Source of the DNA: an uncultured Oscillospiraceae bacterium
GTDB lineage: Bacteria > Bacillota > Clostridia > Christensenellales > Aristaeellaceae
DNA length: 58,070 bases
Reading direction: 5' to 3'
NCBI GenBank assembly: GCA_964553125.1
Contig: CAZKJW010000001.1
Location: 31,316 to 89,385, forward strand
In this document: positions 31,818 through 40,759 of the stretch, piece after piece
Layout: each line of letters opens with the position of its first letter
Position numbering within the stretch: the stretch's first letter is position 1
Notes under the pieces: generated by a model
The model's database searches: none
What the model was told of the DNA's origin: nothing
Seen by the model: only the letters and a program-made list of their open reading frames with translations
Position numbers and translations under genes: made by a program

Positions 31818-32387
31818 TTGAGCAATGAATTGACCCATCATGGTATCAAGGATCAAAAGTGGGGATTGCGCCGATTTCAAAACCCCGATGGCAGCTTAAC
31901 TCCGGCAGGACGCGAGCGGTACGGCGTGGGAAAAAAACGTGGGGTAGCAGGTGCAGAAGGAGAAAGCAAGAGTGGCGAAAGCGCTTCTTCTCAGAAAAGC
32001 GGCGTTAGCAAAACGCCTGGCAAATCGAGGCGAAGGACTGCCGCAATGAGTGATGATGAACTCCGTTCCCGCATTAACCGCCTGAATATGGAAGAACAGT
32101 ATTCAAATCTTGTGGCGCGGCAGAAGCAGCGAAATACTGGCGTTGTAAAAAGGCTGCTCGGTAATGCTGCTAAACAGCTTGCAGAACAGTCACTTAGCAG
32201 GCTTGTGTCCAAAGTCATGAGTAAGGCTTTTGATAAGAAAGACAGCTTCGACATCGGTGATTACAAGGATATGGACGTCTATAAGATGGACGCCGAAACG
32301 ATCAAGAAGGTCGCGGATTGGTATACCAAAGCGAGTATGATCGAGCGCCAGCGTTCTGTGATATCCTCCGACAAGAAAAGGGACTGA
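31818..32387 (+). CDS. Phage protein with an N-terminal HHGIK..KWGxRR motif (189 aa)
   Basis: TTG 10 nt after AAAGGAG. Product LSNELTHHGIKDQKWGLRRFQNPDGSLTPAGRERYG... Confidence 0.55.
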   Translation: MSNELTHHGIKDQKWGLRRFQNPDGSLTPAGRERYGVGKKRGVAGAEGESKSGESASSQKSGVSKTPGKSRRRTAAMSDDELRSRINRLNMEEQYSNLVARQKQRNTGVVKRLLGNAAKQLAEQSLSRLVSKVMSKAFDKKDSFDIGDYKDMDVYKMDAETIKKVADWYTKASMIERQRSVISSDKKRD

Positions 32388-32393
32388 TAGCCT

Positions 32394-34136
32394 ATGCTAT
32401 CGAACACGGCAGTCCCACGCTACTATGGCGAGTTTCGTGATGCAGTGATCGCCGGACAGATTCCGATTTGCGAAACGATTGAGATGCAGATGCATCGCAT
32501 TGACGAGAAGATTGCGAACCCGGAATTCTATTACGACGATCAGGCGGTGGAGGGATTCGTTTCCTACTGCAACAACGAATTGACGCTGACCGATGGTTCG
32601 GATTTGAAACTGTTGGATAGCTTCAAACTGTGGGCGGAGGATATTTTCGGGTGGTATCGCTTCGTGGAACAGGTTGTTCCGATTCCCAGTGAGGATAGAA
32701 CAAGAATGCGCTATGTGCGAAAACGAATCAAGAAGCGCCTGTGCAACAAGCAATACCTGATCGTAGCGCGCGGCGCAGCAAAGACAATGTACGGAAGCAG
32801 TTTGCACAGTTATTTTCTGAACATCGATACGACCACGACCCATCAGATTGCCACGGCATTCACCATGCGACAGGCTGATGAAACCCTCTCTCCTATTCGC
32901 ACGTCTATTACCCGCGCCAGAGGCCCACTGTTTAAGTTCCTAACAGAGGGCAGCTTGCAGAACACGACTGGCAGCAAGGCTGCGAGGGTGAAGCTGGCCA
33001 GCACGAAAAAGGGCATCGAAAATTTCATTACCAACAGCCGCATCGAAACCGTGCCGATGAGCGTGGACAAGCTGCAAAGTATGCGAACGAAATTTGCCAC
33101 GATTGATGAATGGTTGAGCTGCGATGTACGCGAGGACGTTGTAGGGGCGATTGAGCAGGGTTCTTCCAAGATTGACGACTACTTGATAGTCGCCATCAGT
33201 TCCGAGGGGACGGTTCGCAACGCCATTGGCGATACGATCAAAATGAAGCTGATGAAGATTCTTCGCGGCGAGATCGACGCCCCATGGGTGAGCATCTGGT
33301 ACTACCAGTTGGATAGCATAGACGAAGTGAACCATCCGGAGATGTGGCTGAAGGCCAACCCAAACCTCGGCAAGACCGTAAGCTATGAAACCTACCAACG
33401 AGACGTGGACATGATTGAAAAATCGCCAAGCGAAAAGAACGACGTGCTGGCAAAGCGATTCGGCATTCCCATGGAGGGCAGCACCTATTTCTTCACCTAC
33501 GAAGAAATTCAGCCGCACACCAAAAAGAGTTTCTGGCAGATGCCCTGCGCGATGGGGTGCGACCTTTCGCAGGGCGACGACTTCTGTGCATTTACGTTCC
33601 TGTTTCCGCTGGGTGACGGACGCTTCGGGGTGAAGACGCGAAACTATATTTCTGATCTGACATTTTATAAGCTGCCTGCAGCCATGCACAGCAAATACGA
33701 GGAATTTATTGCCGAGGGCAGCCTTGTGGTGATGGATGGAACAGTGCTGGACATGATGACGGTTTACGATGATTTGGATAGCTTTATCACAGAGCATGAA
33801 TACGACGTGCGCTGTGTGGGCTACGACCCTTACAACGCTAAAGAATTCATTGCACGGTGGGAAAACGAAAATGGACCGTTCGGCATTGAAAAAGTGATAC
33901 AGGGAAGCAAGACAGAGTCCGTTCCTTTGGGTGAGCTGAAGAAGCTATCTGAGGAACGGATGCTTTTGTTTGACGAGGCACTGATGAGCTTCGCCATGGG
34001 GCACTGCATCGCTGTTCAGGACACCAACGGCAACCGAAAGTTGATGAAGAAGCGCTACGATCAGAAGATCGACGCGGTGGCGGCCATGATGGACGCGTAC
34101 GTCGCTTACAAAACCAATAGGGAGGCATTTGACTAA
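32394..34136 (+). CDS. terL: Terminase large subunit
   Basis: IVARGAAKT (Walker A-like), ATIDEW (Walker B) and a C-terminal nuclease region GYDPYN ... IDAVAAMMDAY. 580 aa, upstream of the portal. Confidence 0.85.
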   Translation: MLSNTAVPRYYGEFRDAVIAGQIPICETIEMQMHRIDEKIANPEFYYDDQAVEGFVSYCNNELTLTDGSDLKLLDSFKLWAEDIFGWYRFVEQVVPIPSEDRTRMRYVRKRIKKRLCNKQYLIVARGAAKTMYGSSLHSYFLNIDTTTTHQIATAFTMRQADETLSPIRTSITRARGPLFKFLTEGSLQNTTGSKAARVKLASTKKGIENFITNSRIETVPMSVDKLQSMRTKFATIDEWLSCDVREDVVGAIEQGSSKIDDYLIVAISSEGTVRNAIGDTIKMKLMKILRGEIDAPWVSIWYYQLDSIDEVNHPEMWLKANPNLGKTVSYETYQRDVDMIEKSPSEKNDVLAKRFGIPMEGSTYFFTYEEIQPHTKKSFWQMPCAMGCDLSQGDDFCAFTFLFPLGDGRFGVKTRNYISDLTFYKLPAAMHSKYEEFIAEGSLVVMDGTVLDMMTVYDDLDSFITEHEYDVRCVGYDPYNAKEFIARWENENGPFGIEKVIQGSKTESVPLGELKKLSEERMLLFDEALMSFAMGHCIAVQDTNGNRKLMKKRYDQKIDAVAAMMDAYVAYKTNREAFD

Positions 34137-34138
34137 GG

Positions 34139-34621
34139 ATGAAAGATGACCGGCATTTGGGCGAGATTTATCACCACGGCATCAAAGGTATGAAATGGGG
34201 CGTCAGACGATCTCCTGAACAATTGGGGCATGTGGTGAAAGGAACAGTTGCCAAATCTTCGGATGATGTTACAATAAAAGGAGAATTCTATCGCAGCAGG
34301 AAGGGGTTCTCAATTCACCGGAACAAGCTGAGCGGTTTTTGCCTGAAGCCCGGCGCAAAGCATTCGGCGGAGTTCTTCAAAATGGGCTATACTGAGGGCG
34401 ACGAGAAGAGGCTGTTCCGTGATATCGAAAAAGGATACGACCCTTCAAGGAAGACTATTGAGGGCGTTCTTGCTTCTGGCAAAACAAAATTCAGTATACC
34501 CATGAAGCTTGGCGTGACATCGACTCAGCTATTCCGCACAGTTTGGCAAGAAGACGGCCCTGACGATACAAGCCGATTCATTACGGCCTACATCGATCGG
34601 CGGTTGAAGGAGGATGATTAG
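34139..34621 (+). CDS. Phage protein with an N-terminal HHGIKGMKWGVRR motif (160 aa)
   Basis: EIYHHGIKGMKWGVRRSPEQ. The C-terminal KLSGFCLKPGAKHSAEFFKMGY resembles an adaptor domain seen on MuF-type head cargo proteins (recollection). Confidence 0.5.
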   Translation: MKDDRHLGEIYHHGIKGMKWGVRRSPEQLGHVVKGTVAKSSDDVTIKGEFYRSRKGFSIHRNKLSGFCLKPGAKHSAEFFKMGYTEGDEKRLFRDIEKGYDPSRKTIEGVLASGKTKFSIPMKLGVTSTQLFRTVWQEDGPDDTSRFITAYIDRRLKEDD

Positions 34622-34622
34622 T

Positions 34623-34826
34623 ATGGACGCTTTTGAACTGTATGATCACGTCCACATGATCCATAAAAACATCAATGGGATCATCGTTGATGTTTGCAAT
34701 GGAATCGACGGTGAAACCTATTACATTGTGGAAAGTGACGTACAGGGATATGTTGATGACCCCGACGCTTATCCGGGTGAATGGCCGCTATACGACTGCA
34801 CTGCCGACCAGATTGAAAAGATTTGA
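34623..34826 (+). CDS. Hypothetical protein (67 aa)
   Basis: The ATG at 34623 is 10 nt after GGAGG. The track ATG at 34614 is too close to the SD. Confidence 0.5.
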   Translation: MDAFELYDHVHMIHKNINGIIVDVCNGIDGETYYIVESDVQGYVDDPDAYPGEWPLYDCTADQIEKI

Positions 34827-34840
34827 CATTTCCCATACCC

Positions 34841-34874
34841 GACCGTAGGCAAAAGCGTCTGCGGTCTTTTTTTT
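34841..34874 (+). terminator. Rho-independent terminator
   Basis: GACCGTAG-gcaaaagcgt-CTGCGGTC plus TTTTTTTT. Confidence 0.75.
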
Positions 34875-34909
34875 ATACCCCATTTTAGACATCAGGAGGA
34901 AGCTTGCTT

Positions 34910-36157
34910 ATGAGCGTAATGAACAGGCTCAAAAATGCCTGGAATGTGTTTAAGAACAAAGACCCCACTGAAAGTTATAATCTCGGCCCATCCTATGGGT
35001 ATCGACCGGATCGCATGCGGTTCAGCCGCGGTAACGAGCGCTCTATTGTGACATCCGTTTATAACCGAATCGCCATGGACGTGGCCGCCGTGGATATTTT
35101 GCATGTAAAAACTGATGAGGACGGGCGATTTATCGATAATGTCAATTCGGGGCTGAACAACTGCCTGACATTGGAGGCCAACATTGACCAGACCGGGCGG
35201 GCGTTCCGTCAGGATATTGTGCAGAGCATGCTGGACGAGGGCTGTGTGGCGATCGTACCCGTAGATACGGATGACGAGCCAGAGGCATCCGGAAATTTCA
35301 AGATTTATACCATGAGAACAGGGCAGATACGGGATTGGTATCCGGAACATGTTCGAATCAATCTCTACAACCAGGATGAGGGACAGCGCAGAGAGGTTAT
35401 TCTGCCAAAAGCGGCAGTAGCGATTGTTGAAAATCCGCTGTTCGCAGTGGTAAACGAACCTAACTCCACCATGCAGAGGCTGATTCGAAAGCTGAACCTG
35501 CTGGACGCGATCGATGAGCAGGCCAGCAGCGGTAAGCTCGATCTGATCATCCAGCTTCCTTACATCATTAAAACGGAGGCACGCCGGGAACAGGCGGAAA
35601 AGCGCAGGCAGGATATTGAACGGCAGTTGTCTGATGGAAAATACGGCATTGCCTATACGGACGGCACGGAGCGGATTACGCAGTTGAACCGCCCTGTGGA
35701 GAACAATCTGATGAAGCAGATTGAATACCTGACGAGCATGCTATATAGCCAGTTGGGGATCACTCAGTCGATATTGGATGGTTCTGCAGATGATAAGACG
35801 ATGCTGAATTATTATAGCCGGACGATTGAGCCCATTCTTGCGGCAATTGTCGATGAGATGAAGCGCAAGTTCCTAACAAAAACAGCGCGCTCGCAAGGTC
35901 AGACGATCATGTTCTTCCGAGATCCCTTCAAGTTAGTGCCAGTCAGTGAGGTTGCCGAGATCGCTGATAAGCTGACGCGAAACGAAATTATGACGGGTAA
36001 TGAAGTCCGCCAGAAACTTGGCATGAAGCCCAGCGGAGACCCGGCCGCGGACGAGCTTCGCAACAAAAACCTGAGCGCATCCGCTGCAGACTTTACGAAG
36101 AAACCGATTCCCGCAGCTGAACCGCTCGAAGAGGAGGATACAGGTCAAAATGGATAA
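34910..36157 (+). CDS. Portal protein
   Basis: 415 aa, between terL and the protease-capsid gene. AGGAGGA SD. The call rests on position and size. Confidence 0.6.
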   Translation: MSVMNRLKNAWNVFKNKDPTESYNLGPSYGYRPDRMRFSRGNERSIVTSVYNRIAMDVAAVDILHVKTDEDGRFIDNVNSGLNNCLTLEANIDQTGRAFRQDIVQSMLDEGCVAIVPVDTDDEPEASGNFKIYTMRTGQIRDWYPEHVRINLYNQDEGQRREVILPKAAVAIVENPLFAVVNEPNSTMQRLIRKLNLLDAIDEQASSGKLDLIIQLPYIIKTEARREQAEKRRQDIERQLSDGKYGIAYTDGTERITQLNRPVENNLMKQIEYLTSMLYSQLGITQSILDGSADDKTMLNYYSRTIEPILAAIVDEMKRKFLTKTARSQGQTIMFFRDPFKLVPVSEVAEIADKLTRNEIMTGNEVRQKLGMKPSGDPAADELRNKNLSASAADFTKKPIPAAEPLEEEDTGQNG

Positions 36158-37964
36158 CAATTTCGATTTCAGTGGCTGGGCGACACGCGCAAATCTGCGC
36201 TGCACTGACGGCCGCACGATCATGCCGGGAGCCTTTAAGGATTCCGACCACAAGGTGCCTTTGGTGTGGCAGCACCGGCACGATGAACCGGGCGCGGTGC
36301 TGGGGCACGCCATTCTGGAACATCGGGATGAAGGTACTTACGCCTACGGCTATTTCAATGAAACTGAGAACGGAAAGAACGCAAAGATGCTGCTCAAGCA
36401 TGGCGACATTACCGCTCTTTCTATTTATGCGAACCAGCTTCAGGAACGTGGAAAGAACGTGATTCATGGCCTGATTCGCGAGGTGAGTCTGGTGCTGGCG
36501 GGCGCCAATCCCGGCGCATTCATCGATTCGGTGATCGTCCACAGTGACGGTACGACGGAAGAGGTGCTCGATCAGGGCGTTATTTACACTGGCGAGCCGA
36601 TTGAGTTTGAATTGGAGCATGGGGATCGGGCCGATGGTAAGACGGACGACGAACACAAAGAGGAAACCGTACAGGATATTCTTGACTCGATGAGCGACAA
36701 GCAGAAGGTTGTTATGTATGCCGTGCTTGAGGAAGCCATCAAAGAGAACATTGAGAACGATGATTCCGAAAAGGAAGAGGAGGAAACTGACATGAAACAT
36801 AACGTCTTCGATAAGGACACCGACAAGAAGGAAAATGTGATCTGCCATGCTGATCAGCAGGAGATTCTGAAGGTTGCCAGGAGCAATTCTGTAGGTAGCT
36901 TTAAGGCGGCGCTGGAAATGTACGCCGCTGAACATCAGGATGAGCTGGCGCATGCCTATCAACCCCTGGGCATTACCGGCATCAATGCGCTGTTCCCTGA
37001 GTACAAGGACGTGCGTCCCGGTGCGCCCGAGCTGCTGACCGACGATCAGGGGTGGATTACCAAGGTGTTGGCGAAGGTCCACAAGAGCCCGATTTCCCGC
37101 ATCCGTACCCGTCAGGCAGACGCTCGCGACATTTCCCAGATGCGTGCACAGGGCTACAGCAAGGGCAGGGAGAAGAAGTTCCGCGGTAATCTGAGTCTGC
37201 TGAGCCGTACCACGGATCCGCAGACGATTTACGTTAAGAGCAAGCTGGATCGCGACGATATGGTGGACATCACTGACTTTGATGTGGTGCAGTATATGTA
37301 CAACATTGACCGCATGAACATCAACGAGGAACTGGCCCGCGCCATTGTGGTGGGCGACGGCCGCGTTTCCGGCGCAGAGGGCAAGATCGACGAAACCAAG
37401 ATTCGCCCGATCTGGACGGATGACGAGCTGTACACCATCCACGCCGACGTGGATATCAAGGGCATGAAGGAATCTCTGCAGGGTACGAACACTGCTGGCA
37501 ACTTTGGCGAGAATTATATTTACGCCGAGGCGGTGATCCAGAGTCTGCTCTATGCTCGCGAGAAGTACAAGGGCAGCGGTAACCCTGACTTCATTTGCAC
37601 TCCGCATCTGGTGAACGTGATGCTGCTGGCCCGCGATCTGAACGGCCGCCGAATTTACGATAATGTGAATGAGCTGAAGGCCGCGCTGAACGTGCGCGAG
37701 ATCATCACCGCCGAGCAGTTCGAGGGCCTGACCCGAACCGCTGAAGGCAGCAGGACCAAGAAGCTGCTGGGCATCATGTATAACTTTGCCGACTATTCTC
37801 TGGGCGCAACCAAGGGCGGCGAGCTGACTCACTTTACCGATTTCGACCTGAACTTCAACCAGCAGATCAGCCTGCTTGAGACCCGCGTTTCCGGTGCGAA
37901 CACCCGTGTACTCTCCGCCATTGCGCTGGAAGAGGATGTAACGCCCGGCAGTGACGTGGAGTAA
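36150..37964 (+). CDS. Prohead protease (HK97 S78 type) - acidic scaffold-like linker - major capsid protein fusion
   Basis: N-terminus: VPLVWQHRHDEPGAVLG...SIYA...REVSLVLAGANPGAFI. Acidic linker DDEHKEE...DDSEKEEEETD. The ~370-aa C-terminal part has HK97-like capsid size. Confidence 0.7.
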   Translation: MDNNFDFSGWATRANLRCTDGRTIMPGAFKDSDHKVPLVWQHRHDEPGAVLGHAILEHRDEGTYAYGYFNETENGKNAKMLLKHGDITALSIYANQLQERGKNVIHGLIREVSLVLAGANPGAFIDSVIVHSDGTTEEVLDQGVIYTGEPIEFELEHGDRADGKTDDEHKEETVQDILDSMSDKQKVVMYAVLEEAIKENIENDDSEKEEEETDMKHNVFDKDTDKKENVICHADQQEILKVARSNSVGSFKAALEMYAAEHQDELAHAYQPLGITGINALFPEYKDVRPGAPELLTDDQGWITKVLAKVHKSPISRIRTRQADARDISQMRAQGYSKGREKKFRGNLSLLSRTTDPQTIYVKSKLDRDDMVDITDFDVVQYMYNIDRMNINEELARAIVVGDGRVSGAEGKIDETKIRPIWTDDELYTIHADVDIKGMKESLQGTNTAGNFGENYIYAEAVIQSLLYAREKYKGSGNPDFICTPHLVNVMLLARDLNGRRIYDNVNELKAALNVREIITAEQFEGLTRTAEGSRTKKLLGIMYNFADYSLGATKGGELTHFTDFDLNFNQQISLLETRVSGANTRVLSAIALEEDVTPGSDVE

Positions 37965-37982
37965 TTAAGGAGCGAGGTCAAA

Positions 37983-38312
37983 ATGGCGAAGTTTTACGGC
38001 GCAGTCGGCTATGCTGAAACGATAGAAAGCCGTCCCAGTATATGGCAGGAGAGAGTGATTGAGCGACTGTATTACGGTGACATCATTCGTAATGCACGGC
38101 GGCTGGAGAGCGGCGAAAGCGTGAACGATAACATTACGATCAACAATAGTATCAGTATTGTTGCGGATCCGTATGCTCGGGAGCATTTCTTCGCCATTCG
38201 CTATGTGAAGTGGATGGGGATTGCATGGAAGGTGACGAATGTCGAAGTCCAGAGCCCCCGTCTGCTTCTGACGATCGGGGGTGTATACAATGGACAGACG
38301 GCTGGCGCTTGA
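37983..38312 (+). CDS. Head-tail joining protein candidate (109 aa)
   Basis: Lies between the capsid and tail genes. AAGGAG SD. Confidence 0.4.
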   Translation: MAKFYGAVGYAETIESRPSIWQERVIERLYYGDIIRNARRLESGESVNDNITINNSISIVADPYAREHFFAIRYVKWMGIAWKVTNVEVQSPRLLLTIGGVYNGQTAGA

Positions 38313-38586
38313 TGAAGTCCTTCGCAGGATTGCTCCCAACGTATACTTTCAGCCGCCAGAAAACCTGAAGTTAGTCTACCCGTGCATTGTATATGAATTG
38401 GAGCAGATCATAGCGCTTTATGCTAACAATCTGCCATACACAGATCGTGCTCGCTACAGCGTAATCGTGATTGACCGCGATCCCGAGAGCAGCATAACAA
38501 GCCAGATTGCCGCGCTGCCCATGTGCCGGCACGAGCGGCACTTTGTAAATGACAATCTGCATCACGACGTATTTACCATCTACTGA
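38290..38586 (+). CDS. Head-tail joining / tail terminator candidate (98 aa)
   Basis: Called on position. Overlaps the upstream gene by 23 nt. Confidence 0.4.
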   Translation: MDRRLALDEVLRRIAPNVYFQPPENLKLVYPCIVYELEQIIALYANNLPYTDRARYSVIVIDRDPESSITSQIAALPMCRHERHFVNDNLHHDVFTIY

Positions 38587-38606
38587 TATGAAGGAGGAAT
38601 TCTGAA

Positions 38607-39278
38607 ATGGCAAGCAGTGATAATATTGTGATTAGTTGGGACGAAATTGAAAATCGTTTGTATGAAATGGGGGTATCCAAGGGTGTTATCTACCGCCCCG
38701 ACGCAAGCGGTGCGTATAACCGCGCTGAGGCATGGAATGGCCTGATTAACGTGACTGAGAACCCCTCCGGTGCGGACACCACCAAGATGTGGGCGGACAA
38801 CATCGAATACGCTGCCCTGCGCGCGGCAGAAACCTATGGTGGTAGTATTGAGGCATACATGTACCCGGATCTGTTTGCAGAATGCGACGGTCAGAAAGAG
38901 ATCGCCAAGGGTGTATGGATCGGTCAGCAGAACCGCGAGGTGTTCGGACTGTGCTACCGCAGTGAGATCGGCAGCGCTGCCAAGGGTCAGGATGCGGGCT
39001 ACAAGCTGCATCTGGTGTACGGTCTGACTGCATCTCCCAGCGAAAAGAGCCATGACACGATTAACGACTCGCCTGACGCGGCGACAATGAGTTGGGATGT
39101 GGAGGCCACTCCGGTAACCGTTACGGGCTTTAAGCCTACTGCATGTCTGACTATCAGCAGCTTGGATTTTGAGACGACCAAGATGGAGGCGTTGGAGAAG
39201 GTGCTCTATGGTTCGGAAACTGCAAGCGCCAAGCTGCCCATGCCTGATGAAGTGAAGACTCTGATGGCGACTGAATAA
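38607..39278 (+). CDS. Major tail protein
   Basis: AAGGAGG SD. 223 aa, directly upstream of the chaperone pair and the tape measure. W.GL..VTE.PSGA....WADN..Y pattern. Confidence 0.65.
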   Translation: MASSDNIVISWDEIENRLYEMGVSKGVIYRPDASGAYNRAEAWNGLINVTENPSGADTTKMWADNIEYAALRAAETYGGSIEAYMYPDLFAECDGQKEIAKGVWIGQQNREVFGLCYRSEIGSAAKGQDAGYKLHLVYGLTASPSEKSHDTINDSPDAATMSWDVEATPVTVTGFKPTACLTISSLDFETTKMEALEKVLYGSETASAKLPMPDEVKTLMATE

Positions 39279-39383
39279 GGATTACTTTTCCAAACGGAAT
39301 GGATGCGCCGCGCGAAACGGCGGGATTTGGAGTGCATCGGTGGGGATGCTCTCCTTCTTTGAATTTGAAAGGAGCAAATGAGG

Positions 39384-39791
39384 ATGCTTAAAAAGACGAT
39401 TGTTTACCAGGACTACGACGGCAACGAACGCAGCGAGAATTTCTACTTCAACCTTTCCAAGGCAGAAGTGATGGAGATGGAATTCAGCTTCAGCGGCGGC
39501 ATGACCAACGTAATTGAGCAGATGGTGAATACGCAGGACACCGCGCGCATTATGGAGATGTTCAAGAAGATCATCATGATGGCCTACGGCGAAAAGAGCG
39601 CGGACGGCAAGCGATTCATGAAGACCGGGCCGGACGGCAGACGGCTGGCCGAGGGCTTCGTGGAGACAGAAGCCTACAGCGAACTGTTTATGGAGCTGGT
39701 GAGCGACCCGAAGAAGTTTGCGGATTTTATCGCCGCAGTGATTCCTGCGCTCCCAGCGGACGCGAAGGCCGCCCTTGCCGCAGCAGAGTAA
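39384..39791 (+). CDS. Tail assembly chaperone
   Basis: YQDYDGNERSENFYFNLSKAEVMEME ... FMELVSDP. Position before the tape measure. Confidence 0.7.
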   Translation: MLKKTIVYQDYDGNERSENFYFNLSKAEVMEMEFSFSGGMTNVIEQMVNTQDTARIMEMFKKIIMMAYGEKSADGKRFMKTGPDGRRLAEGFVETEAYSELFMELVSDPKKFADFIAAVIPALPADAKAALAAAE

Positions 39792-39822
39792 ATGAAAATA
39801 AATATGGAAAGGAGGCGGGCGT

Positions 39823-40365
39823 ATGCTGCAGGTGACCATTCCGGCGTCGGAGTATTTCGATGAGAAAACCGGCGAATTCAACTCGATTCGAGAAATGACT
39901 TTGCAGCTTGAGCACTCGCTCGTTTCCGTTTCCAAATGGGAGTCAAAATGGTGTAAGCCTTTCCTTGGACCAAATGAAAAAACGGCAGAGGAATGCATTG
40001 ATTATGTGCGCTGTATGACAATTACCCAGCATGTAGATCCAACAGTCTACCAGTTCCTGACGCAGAAAAACTTTCAGGAAATCAACGCTTACATTGAAGC
40101 GCCCATGACGGCGACGACATTCAGCGAGCGGGAGAACAAGCGGTTCAGTCGCGAGGTGGTCACTGCCGAAATTATCTATTACTGGATGGTAGCGCTGAAC
40201 ATTCCCTTCGAGTGTCAGAAGTGGCATTTGAACAAGCTGATTGCACTGGTGCGGGTTTGCAACATCAAGAACACGCCACAGAAGAAAATGAGCAGGCGCG
40301 AAGTGACGGAGCGCAATCGGGCGTTGAATGAAGCACGAAGAAAGAAAATGCATTCGAACGGATGA
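39823..40365 (+). CDS. Second tail assembly chaperone-like protein
   Basis: LEHSLVSVSKWESKWCKPFL ... IYYWMVALNIPFECQKWHLNKL. A separate ORF with no frameshift overlap. Confidence 0.55.
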   Translation: MLQVTIPASEYFDEKTGEFNSIREMTLQLEHSLVSVSKWESKWCKPFLGPNEKTAEECIDYVRCMTITQHVDPTVYQFLTQKNFQEINAYIEAPMTATTFSERENKRFSREVVTAEIIYYWMVALNIPFECQKWHLNKLIALVRVCNIKNTPQKKMSRREVTERNRALNEARRKKMHSNG

Positions 40366-40381
40366 AAGGAGGCGGCAGGAG

Positions 40382-40759
40382 ATGATCCAATTCAAGCACA
40401 GCGGAGATTTCAAACATACGGAGAAGCTGTTCGAGAATGTAAACAAACGATCCTACATCAGGATTCTCAAGAAATACGGACAAGCAGGCGTAGACGCTCT
40501 TGCCGCCGCTACCCCAAAGAATACGGGCGAAACCGCCGCTTCATGGAGCTATGAGATTGCAGAAAACAGGGGCGGATATTCAATTTATTGGAGCAATTCA
40601 CACGAGAATCAGGGCGTAAACATCGCGTTGATTTTGCAATATGGACACGGAACGGGAACGGGCGGATACGTAAAGGGTATTGACTACATCAACCCTGCGA
40701 TCCGCCCGATTTTTGATGAAATTGCAAATGCGGCATGGAAGGAGGTAACAGCCCGGTGA
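40382..40759 (+). CDS. HK97 gp10-like virion protein
   Basis: GVDALAAATPKNTGETAASWSYEI. The ATG follows AAGGAGG. Confidence 0.45.
   Translation: MIQFKHSGDFKHTEKLFENVNKRSYIRILKKYGQAGVDALAAATPKNTGETAASWSYEIAENRGGYSIYWSNSHENQGVNIALILQYGHGTGTGGYVKGIDYINPAIRPIFDEIANAAWKEVTAR

Noticed and set aside
36093-37832. A 579-aa - strand ORF.
   Set aside because: It is a shadow ORF antisense to the protease-capsid gene. It has no SD and Arg/Ala/Leu-biased low-information composition, while the + strand carries clear protease motifs.
39384-40365. The expected -1 frameshift (G/GT-like) between the two tail chaperone genes.
   Set aside because: The ORFs are separated by a 31-nt gap containing an AAAGGAGG SD for the second gene. 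There is no overlap or slippery heptamer.
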